A DNA stretch of 64,000 nt, taken from NCBI GenBank assembly GCA_963719225.1, contig CAVRAY010000001.1, forward strand, positions 480,001 to 544,000, read 5' to 3'. Below are positions 10,699-22,764 of this stretch, piece after piece (the stretch's first letter is position 1; the number at the start of each line of letters is the position of its first letter). The position numbers were made by a program, and so were the translations under genes. Source of the stretch: Thermoanaerobaculia bacterium (GTDB taxonomy: Bacteria > Acidobacteriota > Thermoanaerobaculia > UBA5066). The notes under the pieces were generated by a model. It searched no databases. It saw only the letters and a program-made list of their open reading frames with translations, and was not told where the DNA came from.

Positions 10699-11880
10699 AT
10701 GTCCGGCTATGAGACAGCCCGGCCCCTGCGGCTCTGCTTCCTGTGCAACGAATATCCGCCGGGGCCTCACGGGGGAATCGGGACCCTCGTGCAGACGTTC
10801 GCGCGCGCGCTCGTCGAGGCGGGGCATTCCGTGCGTGTCGTCGGGATGTATTCCGCGTCGTATCCGGCTCCCGACACCGAAGAGGACCGCGGGGTGCGCA
10901 TCGTCCGCCTGCGCGAGAGCGAGGGACCGGCCGGCTGGGTCCGGTCGCGCGTGCGGCTGTTCCGCACGGTCTCGGGATGGGTGAGGGCGGGCGACGTCGA
11001 CATCGTCGAGCTGCCCGACTGGGAAGGCTGGGCGGCCGGCTGGCCGCGGCTCGCGTGTCCGGTCGTCGTCCGTCTCTCCGGCTCGGCGTCCTACTTCGCC
11101 GACGAGCTGGGGCGGCCGCGGCGGCGGGGGCTCTACTGGCTCGAGCGCGCGTCTCTCAGGCGAGCCGATTTCATCTGTTCCGAGAGCCGGTACCTCGCCG
11201 GGAGAACCGCGGCCGTCTTCGGCCTCTCGCGCGTCCCCGACGCCGTGATCTACAACCCCGTCGAGACGCCGCCCGCTCCGGAACGCGCGCGCGACCGGAA
11301 TCGCATCCTGTACGCCGGCACCCTCACGACGAAGAAGGGAATTCGCTCGCTCCTCGCCGCCTGGCCTTTCGTGACCCGGGAAGAGCCGCACGCGACGCTC
11401 GACGTGTTCGGAAAGGACGGCCGAGCCGAGGAAGGGGGCTCGATGAGAGAGGCGCTGAGCGCCTCTCTCGCGAAAAACGGGATCGAAGGCGTGACGTTTC
11501 GCGGCCACGTGGCGCTCGACGCCCTCGTCGAAGAGCTCTCCCGCGCGTGGGCGATCGTCCTTCCCTCCTACGCGGAAGGGTTCTCGCTCATGCCGCTCCA
11601 TGCGATGGCGGCGGGATGCCCGACCGTCTACACACTCCGCGGGAGCGGCCCCGAGGTCATCGAGGACGGTCGGGACGGCCTCCTCGTCGATCCGGACGAG
11701 CCGGACGCCATCGCGGCGGCGATCCTCCGCCTCCTGAAAGACGATGCGCTCGCGGCGCGCCTGGGAAAGTCGGGACGGGAGACGGTGCGCCGTCGCTTCT
11801 CGCTCGAAGCCCTCACCGCGGCGAACGCCGCTTTCTATCGTTCGTGTCTCGGCGGCGGAAGGAGCGCTCAGGCCGCATGA
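10699..11880 (+). CDS. Glycosyltransferase family 4
   Basis: EYPPGPHGGIGT, YAGTLTTKKG, PSYAEGFSL. Confidence 0.9.
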   Translation: MSGYETARPLRLCFLCNEYPPGPHGGIGTLVQTFARALVEAGHSVRVVGMYSASYPAPDTEEDRGVRIVRLRESEGPAGWVRSRVRLFRTVSGWVRAGDVDIVELPDWEGWAAGWPRLACPVVVRLSGSASYFADELGRPRRRGLYWLERASLRRADFICSESRYLAGRTAAVFGLSRVPDAVIYNPVETPPAPERARDRNRILYAGTLTTKKGIRSLLAAWPFVTREEPHATLDVFGKDGRAEEGGSMREALSASLAKNGIEGVTFRGHVALDALVEELSRAWAIVLPSYAEGFSLMPLHAMAAGCPTVYTLRGSGPEVIEDGRDGLLVDPDEPDAIAAAILRLLKDDALAARLGKSGRETVRRRFSLEALTAANAAFYRSCLGGGRSAQAA

Positions 11881-13052
11881 GCCCCCCCGAGGTCGTCCGG
11901 AAGCGCTCGACCTTCCTCGTCTTCGGCCAGCCCCTGATCGAGGAGGCCGAGAGGCGCGAGGTTCTCGATTCGATGGACAAGGCGTGGCTCGGAACGGGGC
12001 CGAAGGTGGCGCGGTTCGAGCGCGATTTCGCCTCGTACAAGGGCGTGCCGGCGGCTGCCGCGCTGAACTCCTGCACGGCGGCTCTCCATCTCGCGTGCCT
12101 CGCTCTCGACCTGAAGAGAGGCGACGAGGTCGTGACCACGCCGATGACGTTCTGTGCGACCGTGAACGCCATCCTGCACGCGGGGGGGACGCCCGTCCTC
12201 GCGGACGTCGACCCGGCGACGATGAATCTCGATCCCGAAGCGGTCGCGCGCGTCCTCACGCCGCGGACGCGGGCGATCCTTCCGGTTCACTTCGCGGGCC
12301 GGGCGTGCGACATGGACGCGCTCATGGACCTCGCCGCCCGCCACGGCCTCGCCGTCATCGAGGACTGCGCGCACGCGATCGAGACCGAGCATCGGGGCCG
12401 CAAGGCGGGCACGATGGGCGACTTCGGATGCTTCAGCTTCTACTCGACGAAGAACGTCGTCACGGGCGAAGGCGGGATGGTGATCGCGAAGTCCCCCGCT
12501 CACCTCGACCGCATCCGCGTCCTCGGCCTCCACGGCATGAGCAAGGACGCCTGGAAGCGGTTCAGCGACGAAGGCTTCAAGCATTACGACGTCGTCGCGG
12601 CCGGGTTCAAATACAACATGATGGACCTCCAGGCCGCGATCGGAATCCATCAGCTGTCGCGGGTCGAGGCGTGGTGGAAGAGACGCGCGGCGATCTGGGA
12701 GCGCTACCAGCTGGCGTTCGCGGCGCTGCCGGTGGGGATTCCGGCCCCGGTGGAGCCGGACACGCGACACGCCTACCACCTCTATACGATCCTCGTCGAC
12801 GAGACGCGCGCGGGCATCGGCCGCGACGCGTTCCTCGACGGCATGACCCGGCAGAACATCGGCGTCGGCGTCCACTATCGATCCATCGCGGATCATCCTT
12901 ATTACCAGCAGGCGCTGGGCTTTCGTCCGGAGATGACGCCACACGCCAGGAGCATCGGGCGCCGGACGGTGAGCCTGCCGATCTCGCCGAAGCTCACGGA
13001 CGAAGACGTCGAGGACGTGATCCAGGCCGTTGGGGCGCTCGTCCGTCCGTGA
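11877..13052 (+). CDS. DegT/DnrJ/EryC1/StrS PLP-dependent sugar aminotransferase
   Basis: NSCTAALHLA, IEDCAHA, FSFYSTKNVVTGEGG, GFKYN; ATGA overlap. Confidence 0.95.
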   Translation: MSPPEVVRKRSTFLVFGQPLIEEAERREVLDSMDKAWLGTGPKVARFERDFASYKGVPAAAALNSCTAALHLACLALDLKRGDEVVTTPMTFCATVNAILHAGGTPVLADVDPATMNLDPEAVARVLTPRTRAILPVHFAGRACDMDALMDLAARHGLAVIEDCAHAIETEHRGRKAGTMGDFGCFSFYSTKNVVTGEGGMVIAKSPAHLDRIRVLGLHGMSKDAWKRFSDEGFKHYDVVAAGFKYNMMDLQAAIGIHQLSRVEAWWKRRAAIWERYQLAFAALPVGIPAPVEPDTRHAYHLYTILVDETRAGIGRDAFLDGMTRQNIGVGVHYRSIADHPYYQQALGFRPEMTPHARSIGRRTVSLPISPKLTDEDVEDVIQAVGALVRP

Positions 13053-14134
13053 CCGATTCGGCAGGATCGCGGCCCCTGGTCTCCGTGGTGGTTCCCGTGC
13101 GCAACGAAGCCGCGGGCATCGAGCGCGTCGTCGCCGCGATCCTCGCCCAGGATTACCCGCCCGACCGGCTCGAGATCCTCTTCGCGGAGGGACGGTCCAC
13201 GGACGACACGCGCGCGCGCCTCGAACGCTTCGCGGCCGGGGAGCCCCGGCTCCGGATCGTCGACAACCCGGCGGGGATCGTCTCGACGGGCCTGAATGCG
13301 GCTCTCCGGGTCGCGCGCGGCGAGTTCGTCGTCCGCGTGGACGGCCACACGGAAATCGCGCCGGACTACGTGCGCGCGTGCGTCGAGGCGCTCGAGAGAA
13401 CGGGAGCCGACAACGCGGGCGGCCGCATGACGGCGGTCGGCGACTCGGCCTTCGGGCGCGCGGTCGCGGCCGCGACGAGCTCGCGCTTCGGCGTCGGGGG
13501 AGCACGCTTCCACTACTCGGACCGGGAGGAATGGGTCGACACCGTCTACCTCGGTGCGTGGCCGCGCCGGGTGTTCGCGCGCGTCGGTCCCTTCGACGAA
13601 GAGCTCGTCCGCGACCAGGACGACGAGTTCAACTACCGACTGCGGGCCGCCGGCGGACGCATCCTCCTCACGCCGGCCGTGCGGTCGCGGTACACGGTCC
13701 GCGGAAATCCCCGGTCTCTCTTTCGCCAGTATTTCCAGTACGGCTTCTGGAAGGTCCGCGTCCTGCAGAAGCACGCGGCGCAGATGCGGCCGCGGCAGTT
13801 CGCGCCGCCGCTTTTCGCTCTCGCGCTCCTCGCGGCCGCCGCGGGCGCCCTCGCCTTTCCGTTCGAGCCCGGCGCGCGCCTGCCCCTTGCCGGCCTCGCG
13901 GCGCTCTACCTCGCGGCGGACGTGGCGGCGGCGGCGGCGGCCCGCCGGCAGGGAGCGAACTTCGTCCTCCTCGCGCTCGTCTACCCGATCCTCCATCTGG
14001 CCTACGGGTCCGGATTTCTCGCGGGGCTCTTCCGGTTCGCAGGACGGTGGGGAAGCGCGACCTCCGCGGCGGCGCACGAAGAGTCCGGATCCCAACGGTC
14101 CTCCAAACCCCTCGAGACCAAGGAGACCCGATGA
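13049..14134 (+). CDS. Glycosyltransferase family 2 (ExoA-like) with C-terminal TM helices
   Basis: VSVVVPVRNE, VRVDGH, VDTVYLGAW, RDQDDEFNYR, QYFQYGFWK. Confidence 0.9.
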   Translation: MTDSAGSRPLVSVVVPVRNEAAGIERVVAAILAQDYPPDRLEILFAEGRSTDDTRARLERFAAGEPRLRIVDNPAGIVSTGLNAALRVARGEFVVRVDGHTEIAPDYVRACVEALERTGADNAGGRMTAVGDSAFGRAVAAATSSRFGVGGARFHYSDREEWVDTVYLGAWPRRVFARVGPFDEELVRDQDDEFNYRLRAAGGRILLTPAVRSRYTVRGNPRSLFRQYFQYGFWKVRVLQKHAAQMRPRQFAPPLFALALLAAAAGALAFPFEPGARLPLAGLAALYLAADVAAAAAARRQGANFVLLALVYPILHLAYGSGFLAGLFRFAGRWGSATSAAAHEESGSQRSSKPLETKETR

Positions 14135-15383
14135 GCAAGATCGCCGTCCCCTTTTTCGTCCCGATCTTTCCGGCGGCGAGATCGACGAGGTCGTGGCCGT
14201 GCTGAAATCGGGGTGGCTCACGACCGGTCCCAGGACGAAGCGCTTCGAGGAAGACTTCGCGCGCGCCGTCGGGGCCGGTCACGCGATCGCGCTCAACTCG
14301 TGCACGGCCGCCCTTCACCTGGCCGTCGAGGCTCTCGGACTCGAGCCGGGGAATGCCGTGCTCGTGCCGACGATGACGTTCGCGGCCACCGCCGAGGTCG
14401 TCCGATACCTCGGGGCGATCCCCGTTTTCGTCGACTGCGATCCCGGGACGCTCAACCTCGATCTCGCGGATGCCGGGCGGAAGCTCGAGGCTCTCCGGGC
14501 GGGCCGCCTTCCGGGCGGCATTCCGCGCACGGCGAAGCCGGTCGGGATCATGCCCGTCCATGTCGGCGGCCTCATGCTCGACGCGCCCGCCCTGCGCGCC
14601 TGGGCGAAGGCGCGGAACCTCTGGGTCGTCGAGGACGCGGCGCACGCATTTCCCGCCGCGTTCCGGACGACGCCGGAGTCGACGTGGACGCGTTGCGGCG
14701 AGAACACGGCCGACGTGACGTGCTTCTCCTTCTACGCGAACAAGACGATCACGACGGGAGAAGGCGGCATGGCCGTCACGGACGACTCCGCGCTCTCGGA
14801 GCGAATCCGCCTCATGTCGCTCCACGGCCTTTCGAACGACGCCTGGTCCCGCTACTCCGGCGGCCGGGCCTGGGACTACCGGATCCTCGCGCCGGGATTC
14901 AAGTACAACCTCACGGACGTCGCCGCCGCGATCGGGCTTTGCCAGCTCGCGCGGGCGGACGCGATGCGCGAGGCGCGGGCGAGCGTCGTGAACCGGTACC
15001 GCGAGGGACTCTCCGGCCTCGAGGAGCTCGAGCTTCCCGCACGCGCGCCGAACCGCATCCACGCCTGGCACCTCTTCCCGGTTCGCCTGCGTCTCGAACG
15101 GCTGACGCGGGACCGGGCCCAGGTCATCGACGAGCTCCGGGAGGCCGGAGTCGGGTGCTCGGTCCACTGGAGACCCCTGCACCTTCACCCCTATTACTCC
15201 GAGACGTTCGGCTGGCGACCGGTTGACCTTCCGGTCGCCTCCCGGGAATGGGAGCGGCTCGTCAGCCTGCCGCTCTTCCCGGGAATGACGGGCGAGGAGG
15301 TCGAGCACGTCGTGAGCACCCTGCGCTCGGTCGTCGAGCGTCGACGCCTCCCGTCGGCCGCCTCCGCCGCGGTCGCCCGCTGA
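14131..15383 (+). pseudogene. Second DegT-family aminotransferase, frameshifted near codon 9 (or sequencing indel)
   Basis: AAGGAG RBS + ATG 14131 gives MSKIAVPFF, but the conserved body RPDLSGGEIDEVV...FSFYANKTITTGEGG is in the -1 frame; junction CCCCTTTTTC at 14148-14157. Confidence 0.8.
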
Positions 15384-15387
15384 GCCG

Positions 15388-16086
15388 ATGGCTCGCGACC
15401 CTGTCGAGTCCCCAAGAGAGAGCCGTACGGATCGCGGCCTTCCGCGTGCCGTCGACGTCGCGCTGTCTTTCGCGGGCCTCGTCGTGGCGGCTCCGATTCT
15501 CGTCTTCGCGGGGCTGGGGGTCGCCCTGTCGTCGAAGGGTCCCGTACTCTTTCGCCAGGAAAGAGTGGGAAGGGACGGGAGCCGGTTCCACGTCCTGAAA
15601 CTCCGAACGATGCGATCGGGTGCCGGGGGACCGGCGGTGACGGCGGGCGACGACCGCCGCATCACGCCGTTCGGAAGGCTCCTGAGACGAACGAAGGTCG
15701 ACGAGCTCCCCCAGCTCTGGAACGTCCTGGCGGGGGACATGGCCCTCGTCGGTCCGAGGCCGGAGATTCCGGCATACGCCGACCTTACGGGCGCCATATG
15801 GCGTCGCGTCCTCGAGGTCCGGCCTGGCATCACGGATCCGGTCAGCCTCCGGCTCAGGTTCGAGGAGGAGCTGCTCGCCTCGGTCCCGGGCGACCGGGCC
15901 CGCTTCTACCGCGAGGTCCTCGTACCGTTCAAGACCCGTAAGTATCTTGAATATCAATCCATCCGGTCGCCCTGGAGCGACTTGAGGGTCCTTTTCCTGA
16001 CCGTTCTCGTCGGCCTCTTCCCGAGATTTGCGCCCCCTTTCCGTCTTGAAGATCTCGCCGCCCCTCACGATATTCACAGAGGGTGA
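15388..16086 (+). CDS. Bacterial sugar (phosphoglycosyl) transferase
   Basis: GPVLFRQERVG, KLRTM, DELPQLWNVLAGDMALVGPRPE, RPGITD. Confidence 0.93.
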   Translation: MARDPVESPRESRTDRGLPRAVDVALSFAGLVVAAPILVFAGLGVALSSKGPVLFRQERVGRDGSRFHVLKLRTMRSGAGGPAVTAGDDRRITPFGRLLRRTKVDELPQLWNVLAGDMALVGPRPEIPAYADLTGAIWRRVLEVRPGITDPVSLRLRFEEELLASVPGDRARFYREVLVPFKTRKYLEYQSIRSPWSDLRVLFLTVLVGLFPRFAPPFRLEDLAAPHDIHRG

Positions 16087-16180
16087 GCAAGTAATTAACC
16101 GCAGCTGAGACACATTTTTTTGCCAGGCTGATAGTTTTTTCCTTGCGAAACGGCGCGAGAGTGTAATGATTCCGCTTCTC
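16087..16180 (+). promoter_or_regulatory. AT-rich intergenic segment, probable promoter of pglF
   Basis: Sharp local GC drop with T-tracts; TTGCGA (16143) followed by GTGTAATGAT. Confidence 0.4.
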
Positions 16181-16250
16181 AACGGAGGGTCGTCGAGCAG
16201 CCCACGGTCGTGTCCTCGGGAGGTCCTTTCCGGTTCGCGTCGCGAGGTCG

Positions 16251-16428
16251 GTCATGTGTTCTACCGTTGGTGACTTTGTATGAACGAAAAGTTTCGCCGG
16301 GCACGCGCTTTGCGGAACGCTGCGATTGTTGAAATGAATTCCCTCCTTAGAAACCGGAGAGATGCTCTGCCTCGAAGGACGTCGCCTTCGGTTCGAATCG
16401 TCATGTGTTTCACCGCTGGCGGGTTTCT

Positions 16429-16458
<30 letters not shown>
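16251..16458 (+). repeat. Imperfect direct repeat, 149-bp period, duplicating the pglF start region
   Basis: GTCATGTGTT...TATGAACGAAAAGTTTCGCCGG (from 16251) vs GTCATGTGTT...TATGAACGAGAAATTGCGCCGG (from 16400). Confidence 0.8.
16280..16432 (+). CDS. Putative 50-aa upstream ORF (MNEKFRR...) whose stop overlaps the pglF ATG
   Basis: Open frame from ATG 16280 to TGA 16430-16432; ATGA overlap with pglF; translation not shown. Confidence 0.3.
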
Positions 16459-18381
<1,923 letters not shown>

Positions 18382-19114
18382 CGCCGTACTTCGCCAGGAC
18401 GTTGGACACGTGGAACTTGATCGTCCGGCTCGTGAGTTGGCGTTTTCGCGCGATCTCCTTGTTCGACAGATTGAGGAGAAGGTCCTCGAGGATCTCGCTC
18501 TCGCGTGGCGTGAGCGCGGCACGGCTGGCCGGGCGCGGCCGGCTCGTCGACCTGACGGTGAGCTCCACGAACCTCGAGAGGAGAGCGCGGGGAACCCAGA
18601 AGCCCCCGGCCGCGACCGACTCGAGAGCCTGGCACAGCCGCTCGCGCATCTCCGCGTACGTGACGAGGCCTTTCACGCCGGCGCGCAGGAGGTGGAACGC
18701 GTCGGGTTCGTCGTCGAACTGCTCGGCCAGAACGACCATCCGGACGGACGGGTTCATCCGCTCGAGCCGGTCCAGGAGGGGAACGGCCGGGGAGGCCCCG
18801 TGGTTGGTGTCCACGACGACGAGGCGCGCGACGGCGAGATGCGTCGCTTCGGACGGCGCGAGGCCGGTGTCCGGGATCCGGATGTCCGTGACGTCGAACG
18901 AGCTTCCCTCGAGACAAACGCGGAACTCCGCCGCGACGAGCGGATGCCGCCAAAGAAGACACACCGGAAGCGCATTCGCGCGTCCTCCGGCGGAGGTCTT
19001 GTCGGACGTGTGCGTCGATGCCATGAGCAATCGTCGAGTCGCGGGAGCGGCGATCCGCCTGCCGGACCGAAAACCAATCGTAATATACGGTGTTCCGGGA
19101 GGAGGAGAGGAAGC

Positions 19115-19864
19115 ATGAACCGCGCCCGACGCCTCCTGATCGCTTTCGCCCCCCTCGTGCTCCTCTTCGGGACGCCGCTCGTTTCGCGCGCGGACGAGTT
19201 CGCGGAGGCCCGTCTCGCGAGCGGTATCGACGCCTTCAAGGCGAAGCGGTACCCCGAGGCGTCCGACCATTTCCGGATCGCGTGCTTCGGCCTTCTCGAC
19301 CAGCCTGTCCTCCTGACGGAAGGCCTCGTGCGGCTCGCCCTCGCACAGGAGGCGGCGGGACGAAAGGGGGACGCCGAGAAGACGCTCGAGCGGTTCCTGG
19401 ACGTGGAGAGGAAGTTCACCGCCTACGCAAAGGCCCGACTCGACGCGCCGACCCGGGCGGAGTTCCAGACCCTCCTGCGCGGACGGCTGCCGGCCGACGT
19501 CCTCGCGACCGTTCCGTCGCTGTCCCGGCCGTCCGCTCCGCTCGGCGGCCGGGTGGACGAATCCATCGACCGCCCCGCGCTCGCGCAGAGCGCCACCGGC
19601 AGCATCTCCGGCACCGTTCTCGACGAGGCGGGTGCGCCCATTCCTGCAGCCAACGTGACCGCGAAGCACGTGAAGACAGGCGCCATTCGAAACGCGACGA
19701 CGAACGCGAACGGAGCGTTCCTGTTCCCGCTCGTGCCGGTCGGCTCCTACGAGGTGTCCGCGAGCCTCAAGGGTTTTTCCACGTCGAACGTCGGCAAGGC
19801 TGAGATCACCGACGGCGCGGAAACGACCTTCCGGATCAAGATGGCGATCGCGGACGTGAAGTAG
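19115..19864 (+). CDS. Secreted protein: helical N-domain + carboxypeptidase-regulatory-like (Cna-B type) C-domain
   Basis: GGAGG RBS, signal peptide; GSISGTVLDEAGAPIPAANVT...GSYEVSASLKGF. Confidence 0.75.
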   Translation: MNRARRLLIAFAPLVLLFGTPLVSRADEFAEARLASGIDAFKAKRYPEASDHFRIACFGLLDQPVLLTEGLVRLALAQEAAGRKGDAEKTLERFLDVERKFTAYAKARLDAPTRAEFQTLLRGRLPADVLATVPSLSRPSAPLGGRVDESIDRPALAQSATGSISGTVLDEAGAPIPAANVTAKHVKTGAIRNATTNANGAFLFPLVPVGSYEVSASLKGFSTSNVGKAEITDGAETTFRIKMAIADVK

Positions 19865-19867
19865 ACC

Positions 19868-21148
19868 GTGGTCGTCACGAAAGCGTCGCGTCTCTCGTGC
19901 GCCGCGGGGCTTCTGATCCTCTTCTCGAGCGGCCGGGTGCGCGCCCAGCTCGTGACCGACGAGGTCCCGCGCGCGGCCACCGTTCCGGCCCGCGAGGAGC
20001 TTCGGCGCGACCTCGAGGAGAGCCGGTACCGTCTCGGAACGCTCCGCATCGCGCCCAGGCTCTCCCTCGAGAACCTGGGATACAACGACAACATCAACGG
20101 ATCTACCGTCGATCCGATGTCCGAAGTCACGGGCACGGTCGTGGCGGGCGCCCGTCTCACGCAGCCTCTCTCGCCGAAGCTCGCGCTCCGCGCGGACCTC
20201 TTTCCGGCCTACATCTGGTATGCCCACGAGCCGGAACGGCGCGCTTTCGGAGGACAAGCCGCGGCCGCCTTTCTCGCGTTCTTCAATCACCTGACGTTCA
20301 TCGGGTCGGGCTGGGCGACGCGCTCGGACGCCGTCGTGAGCACCGAGGTCCTCGCGATCCAGCGGGAGGACGTCCGCGCCGCGAAGGGGGAGTTCGACCT
20401 CGCTCTTCTCCGCCGGCTCTCGATCGTCGGGAACGGAGAATGGCAGCGGCGCCGGTATAGCGCGGGCGGGGCGACGGACCCGGTCTCCGACTACTCTGTG
20501 AACGACCGCACGGATACCGCGGCGCGCGGCGGGCTCCGTTACCGGTTCCAGGAATCGGTGGACGTCTCGGTCGGCGTCGAGGGGACCTGGACGGATTTCG
20601 TGAGCGTGCCCCTGGAGCGGGACAACACGAGCCGGGCCGTCGTCGTCGGCGTGCACGCCGAGCGGCCCCGGCTCGTCGTCAACCTCTCGGCCGCGTATCG
20701 GAGAGGCGAGGCGCGGAACGGGTCGACGTTTCCCGCCTACGAGGAGCCGACGGGAAGCGGATACGTGTCGGTCACGGTGGTCCGCCCGCTCGACGTGGAG
20801 CTCACGGGGCGGCGCCGTATTTCGTACAGCCTCGGAAACCCGAGCCCGTATTACCTCGAGACCCGTTACGGCGCCGGCGTCCGCCTCCGCGTCGGGTCGC
20901 GCGCGACGCTTCACGCCACTACCGAGCTCGGAGCGAACCGGTACACCGTCGGCGATCGTCCGGACCCGGCGGGTCGCGTCGACGACGCGACGATCTACGG
21001 CGGATCCGTGGAATTCGTCCTGTCGCCCTCCGTGACGCTGGGCGCGTTCATCGCGCGCACGCGATACGATTCCAACGTCGACACGTTCGATCGCCGGTAC
21101 AACCAGTTCGGCGTCGGACTCAGGATTGGAAGGGATTTTCTGCGATGA
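19868..21148 (+). CDS. Outer-membrane beta-barrel protein associated with polysaccharide export
   Basis: Signal peptide, alternating beta-strand pattern, position just before wza. Confidence 0.7.
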   Translation: MVVTKASRLSCAAGLLILFSSGRVRAQLVTDEVPRAATVPAREELRRDLEESRYRLGTLRIAPRLSLENLGYNDNINGSTVDPMSEVTGTVVAGARLTQPLSPKLALRADLFPAYIWYAHEPERRAFGGQAAAAFLAFFNHLTFIGSGWATRSDAVVSTEVLAIQREDVRAAKGEFDLALLRRLSIVGNGEWQRRRYSAGGATDPVSDYSVNDRTDTAARGGLRYRFQESVDVSVGVEGTWTDFVSVPLERDNTSRAVVVGVHAERPRLVVNLSAAYRRGEARNGSTFPAYEEPTGSGYVSVTVVRPLDVELTGRRRISYSLGNPSPYYLETRYGAGVRLRVGSRATLHATTELGANRYTVGDRPDPAGRVDDATIYGGSVEFVLSPSVTLGAFIARTRYDSNVDTFDRRYNQFGVGLRIGRDFLR

Positions 21149-21981
21149 GGCGGTGGTGTCGGGTCCTTTTCCTCGGACTTTTCGCGGCTTTCGCGGCGCG
21201 CGCGGAGGATCCTGCCGCCTCCGTGGAGTACCGCCTCGGACCGAGGGACCTCCTCGAGATCAAGGTGCTCGAGATCCCCGAGCTGAACGTGGAGCGGCGC
21301 GTCTCGGACCGCGGGGCCGTCGCCCTGCCGCTCCTGGGTGACTTTCCGGTCGAGGGCCTGACGGCTGCGGAAGTGCGCGCGAAGCTCGAGGCTCTCCTCA
21401 AGGAAAAGTACGTCAACCGGGCCGACGTCTCGATCATCGTGAAGGACTTCGCGAACAAGCCGGTGTCCATCCTCGGTGCCGTCCAGCGCCCGGGCTCGTT
21501 GAACATCTCGGGCCGCTGGTTCCTCCTGCAGGCGATCTCGGCGGCGGGAGGCGTGACGGAAGCGGCAGGGCGGAAGATCTACGTTCTGCGCCGCAGCGAC
21601 AACGGACTTTCCGACACGCTGGAGGTCTCGACCGACGACCTCTTCCGCAACGCGTCCCAGATGTGGAACATCCCGATCTATCCCTCGGACGTCGTGAACG
21701 TCCCGGCGCGCAGCACGGTGCGGATCTTCTGCATCGGAGAGGTCAAGACTCCGGGCGCGGTCGAGTTCTCGACGGACGACCGGATCACGCTGCTCTCCGT
21801 CCTCTCGAAGGCCGGGGGCCTGACGGACCGCGCCTCGAGGACGCTTCATATCAGACGCCGCGATGCGAGCGGCAAGGACGTCGAGACCTCCGTGGACTAC
21901 AAGCGCGTCCTTTCGGGCAAGGATCCGGATCCCGTCCTGAAGGCGGACGACGTCGTCGTGATCAAGGAGTCGTTCTTCTAG
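21145..21981 (+). CDS. wza: Polysaccharide export protein (Poly_export + SLBB domains)
   Basis: YRLGPRDLLEI, GAVALPLLG, GAVQRPG, GEVKTPG, ends KESFF. Confidence 0.9.
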   Translation: MRRWCRVLFLGLFAAFAARAEDPAASVEYRLGPRDLLEIKVLEIPELNVERRVSDRGAVALPLLGDFPVEGLTAAEVRAKLEALLKEKYVNRADVSIIVKDFANKPVSILGAVQRPGSLNISGRWFLLQAISAAGGVTEAAGRKIYVLRRSDNGLSDTLEVSTDDLFRNASQMWNIPIYPSDVVNVPARSTVRIFCIGEVKTPGAVEFSTDDRITLLSVLSKAGGLTDRASRTLHIRRRDASGKDVETSVDYKRVLSGKDPDPVLKADDVVVIKESFF

Positions 21982-22011
21982 GTCCTTGCGCCCGGACGGA
22001 GCCTTCCATTC

Positions 22012-22746
22012 GTGATCGAGATCCACTTCCATTGCCTTCCGCGCGTCGACGACGGCCCCGCGAATTGGGACGATGCCGTCGCGCTCTGCCGCGCGGCCGC
22101 GGCGGAGGGCACCACTCGGATCGTCGCCACGCCGCACGTCCTCCGAGGCAAGTGGGCCAACACGAATCTGGTCGCGCGGGATGAGCTCGTGGAGTCGCTC
22201 AACGAGTACCTGGGCGGCAAACCGCGGATCCTCTCGGGGTGCGAGTATTTCTACTCGGACGACCTGATCCCGCTCGTCAAGAAAGGAACGGCGAGCCCTT
22301 TGACCGGGCTGGGGCGGGGGCGTTACCTCCTGGTCGAGTTCGGTCCGGGTCACGTCCCGCCGTTGATCGCGTCCGTCTTCCACGAGCTCCGGATCCTGGG
22401 GACCAACCCGGTGATCGCGCATCCGGAGCGCCATCTCGAGTTCGCGCGCCACCCGGAGCGCCTCCAGGAGCTCGTCGGAAGAGGCGCGCTCGTTCAGATC
22501 ACGGCGGGCAGCCTTCTCGGCGATTTCGGAAAGACCGCGCAGAAGGGCTGCGAGGATTTCTTCCGCCTCGGGATCGTGCATGCGATCTCGTCGGACGCGC
22601 ACTCCGTGTCGCGGAGGCCCCCGCGGATGGCGGCCGCGCGGGAAAGGATCCGGAAGAAGTGGGGGGTCGAGGCCGAGCGCGGCCTCTTCGTCGACAACCC
22701 CGAGGCCATCCTGGCCTCGCGTCCGGTCCCGTTCACGGGAGCCTGA
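22012..22746 (+). CDS. cpsB: CpsB/CapC PHP-family tyrosine-protein phosphatase
   Basis: IHFHCLPRVDDG, ATPH, IAHPER, SSDAH. Confidence 0.9.
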   Translation: MIEIHFHCLPRVDDGPANWDDAVALCRAAAAEGTTRIVATPHVLRGKWANTNLVARDELVESLNEYLGGKPRILSGCEYFYSDDLIPLVKKGTASPLTGLGRGRYLLVEFGPGHVPPLIASVFHELRILGTNPVIAHPERHLEFARHPERLQELVGRGALVQITAGSLLGDFGKTAQKGCEDFFRLGIVHAISSDAHSVSRRPPRMAAARERIRKKWGVEAERGLFVDNPEAILASRPVPFTGA

Positions 22747-22764
22747 CCCGCTCCCCGGGAACCC

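Noticed and set aside
22012-22040. CpsB begins EIHFH rather than DxHxH, suggesting inactivity
   Set aside because: Conservative change; the His ligands and the DDG, HPER and SDAH motifs remain.
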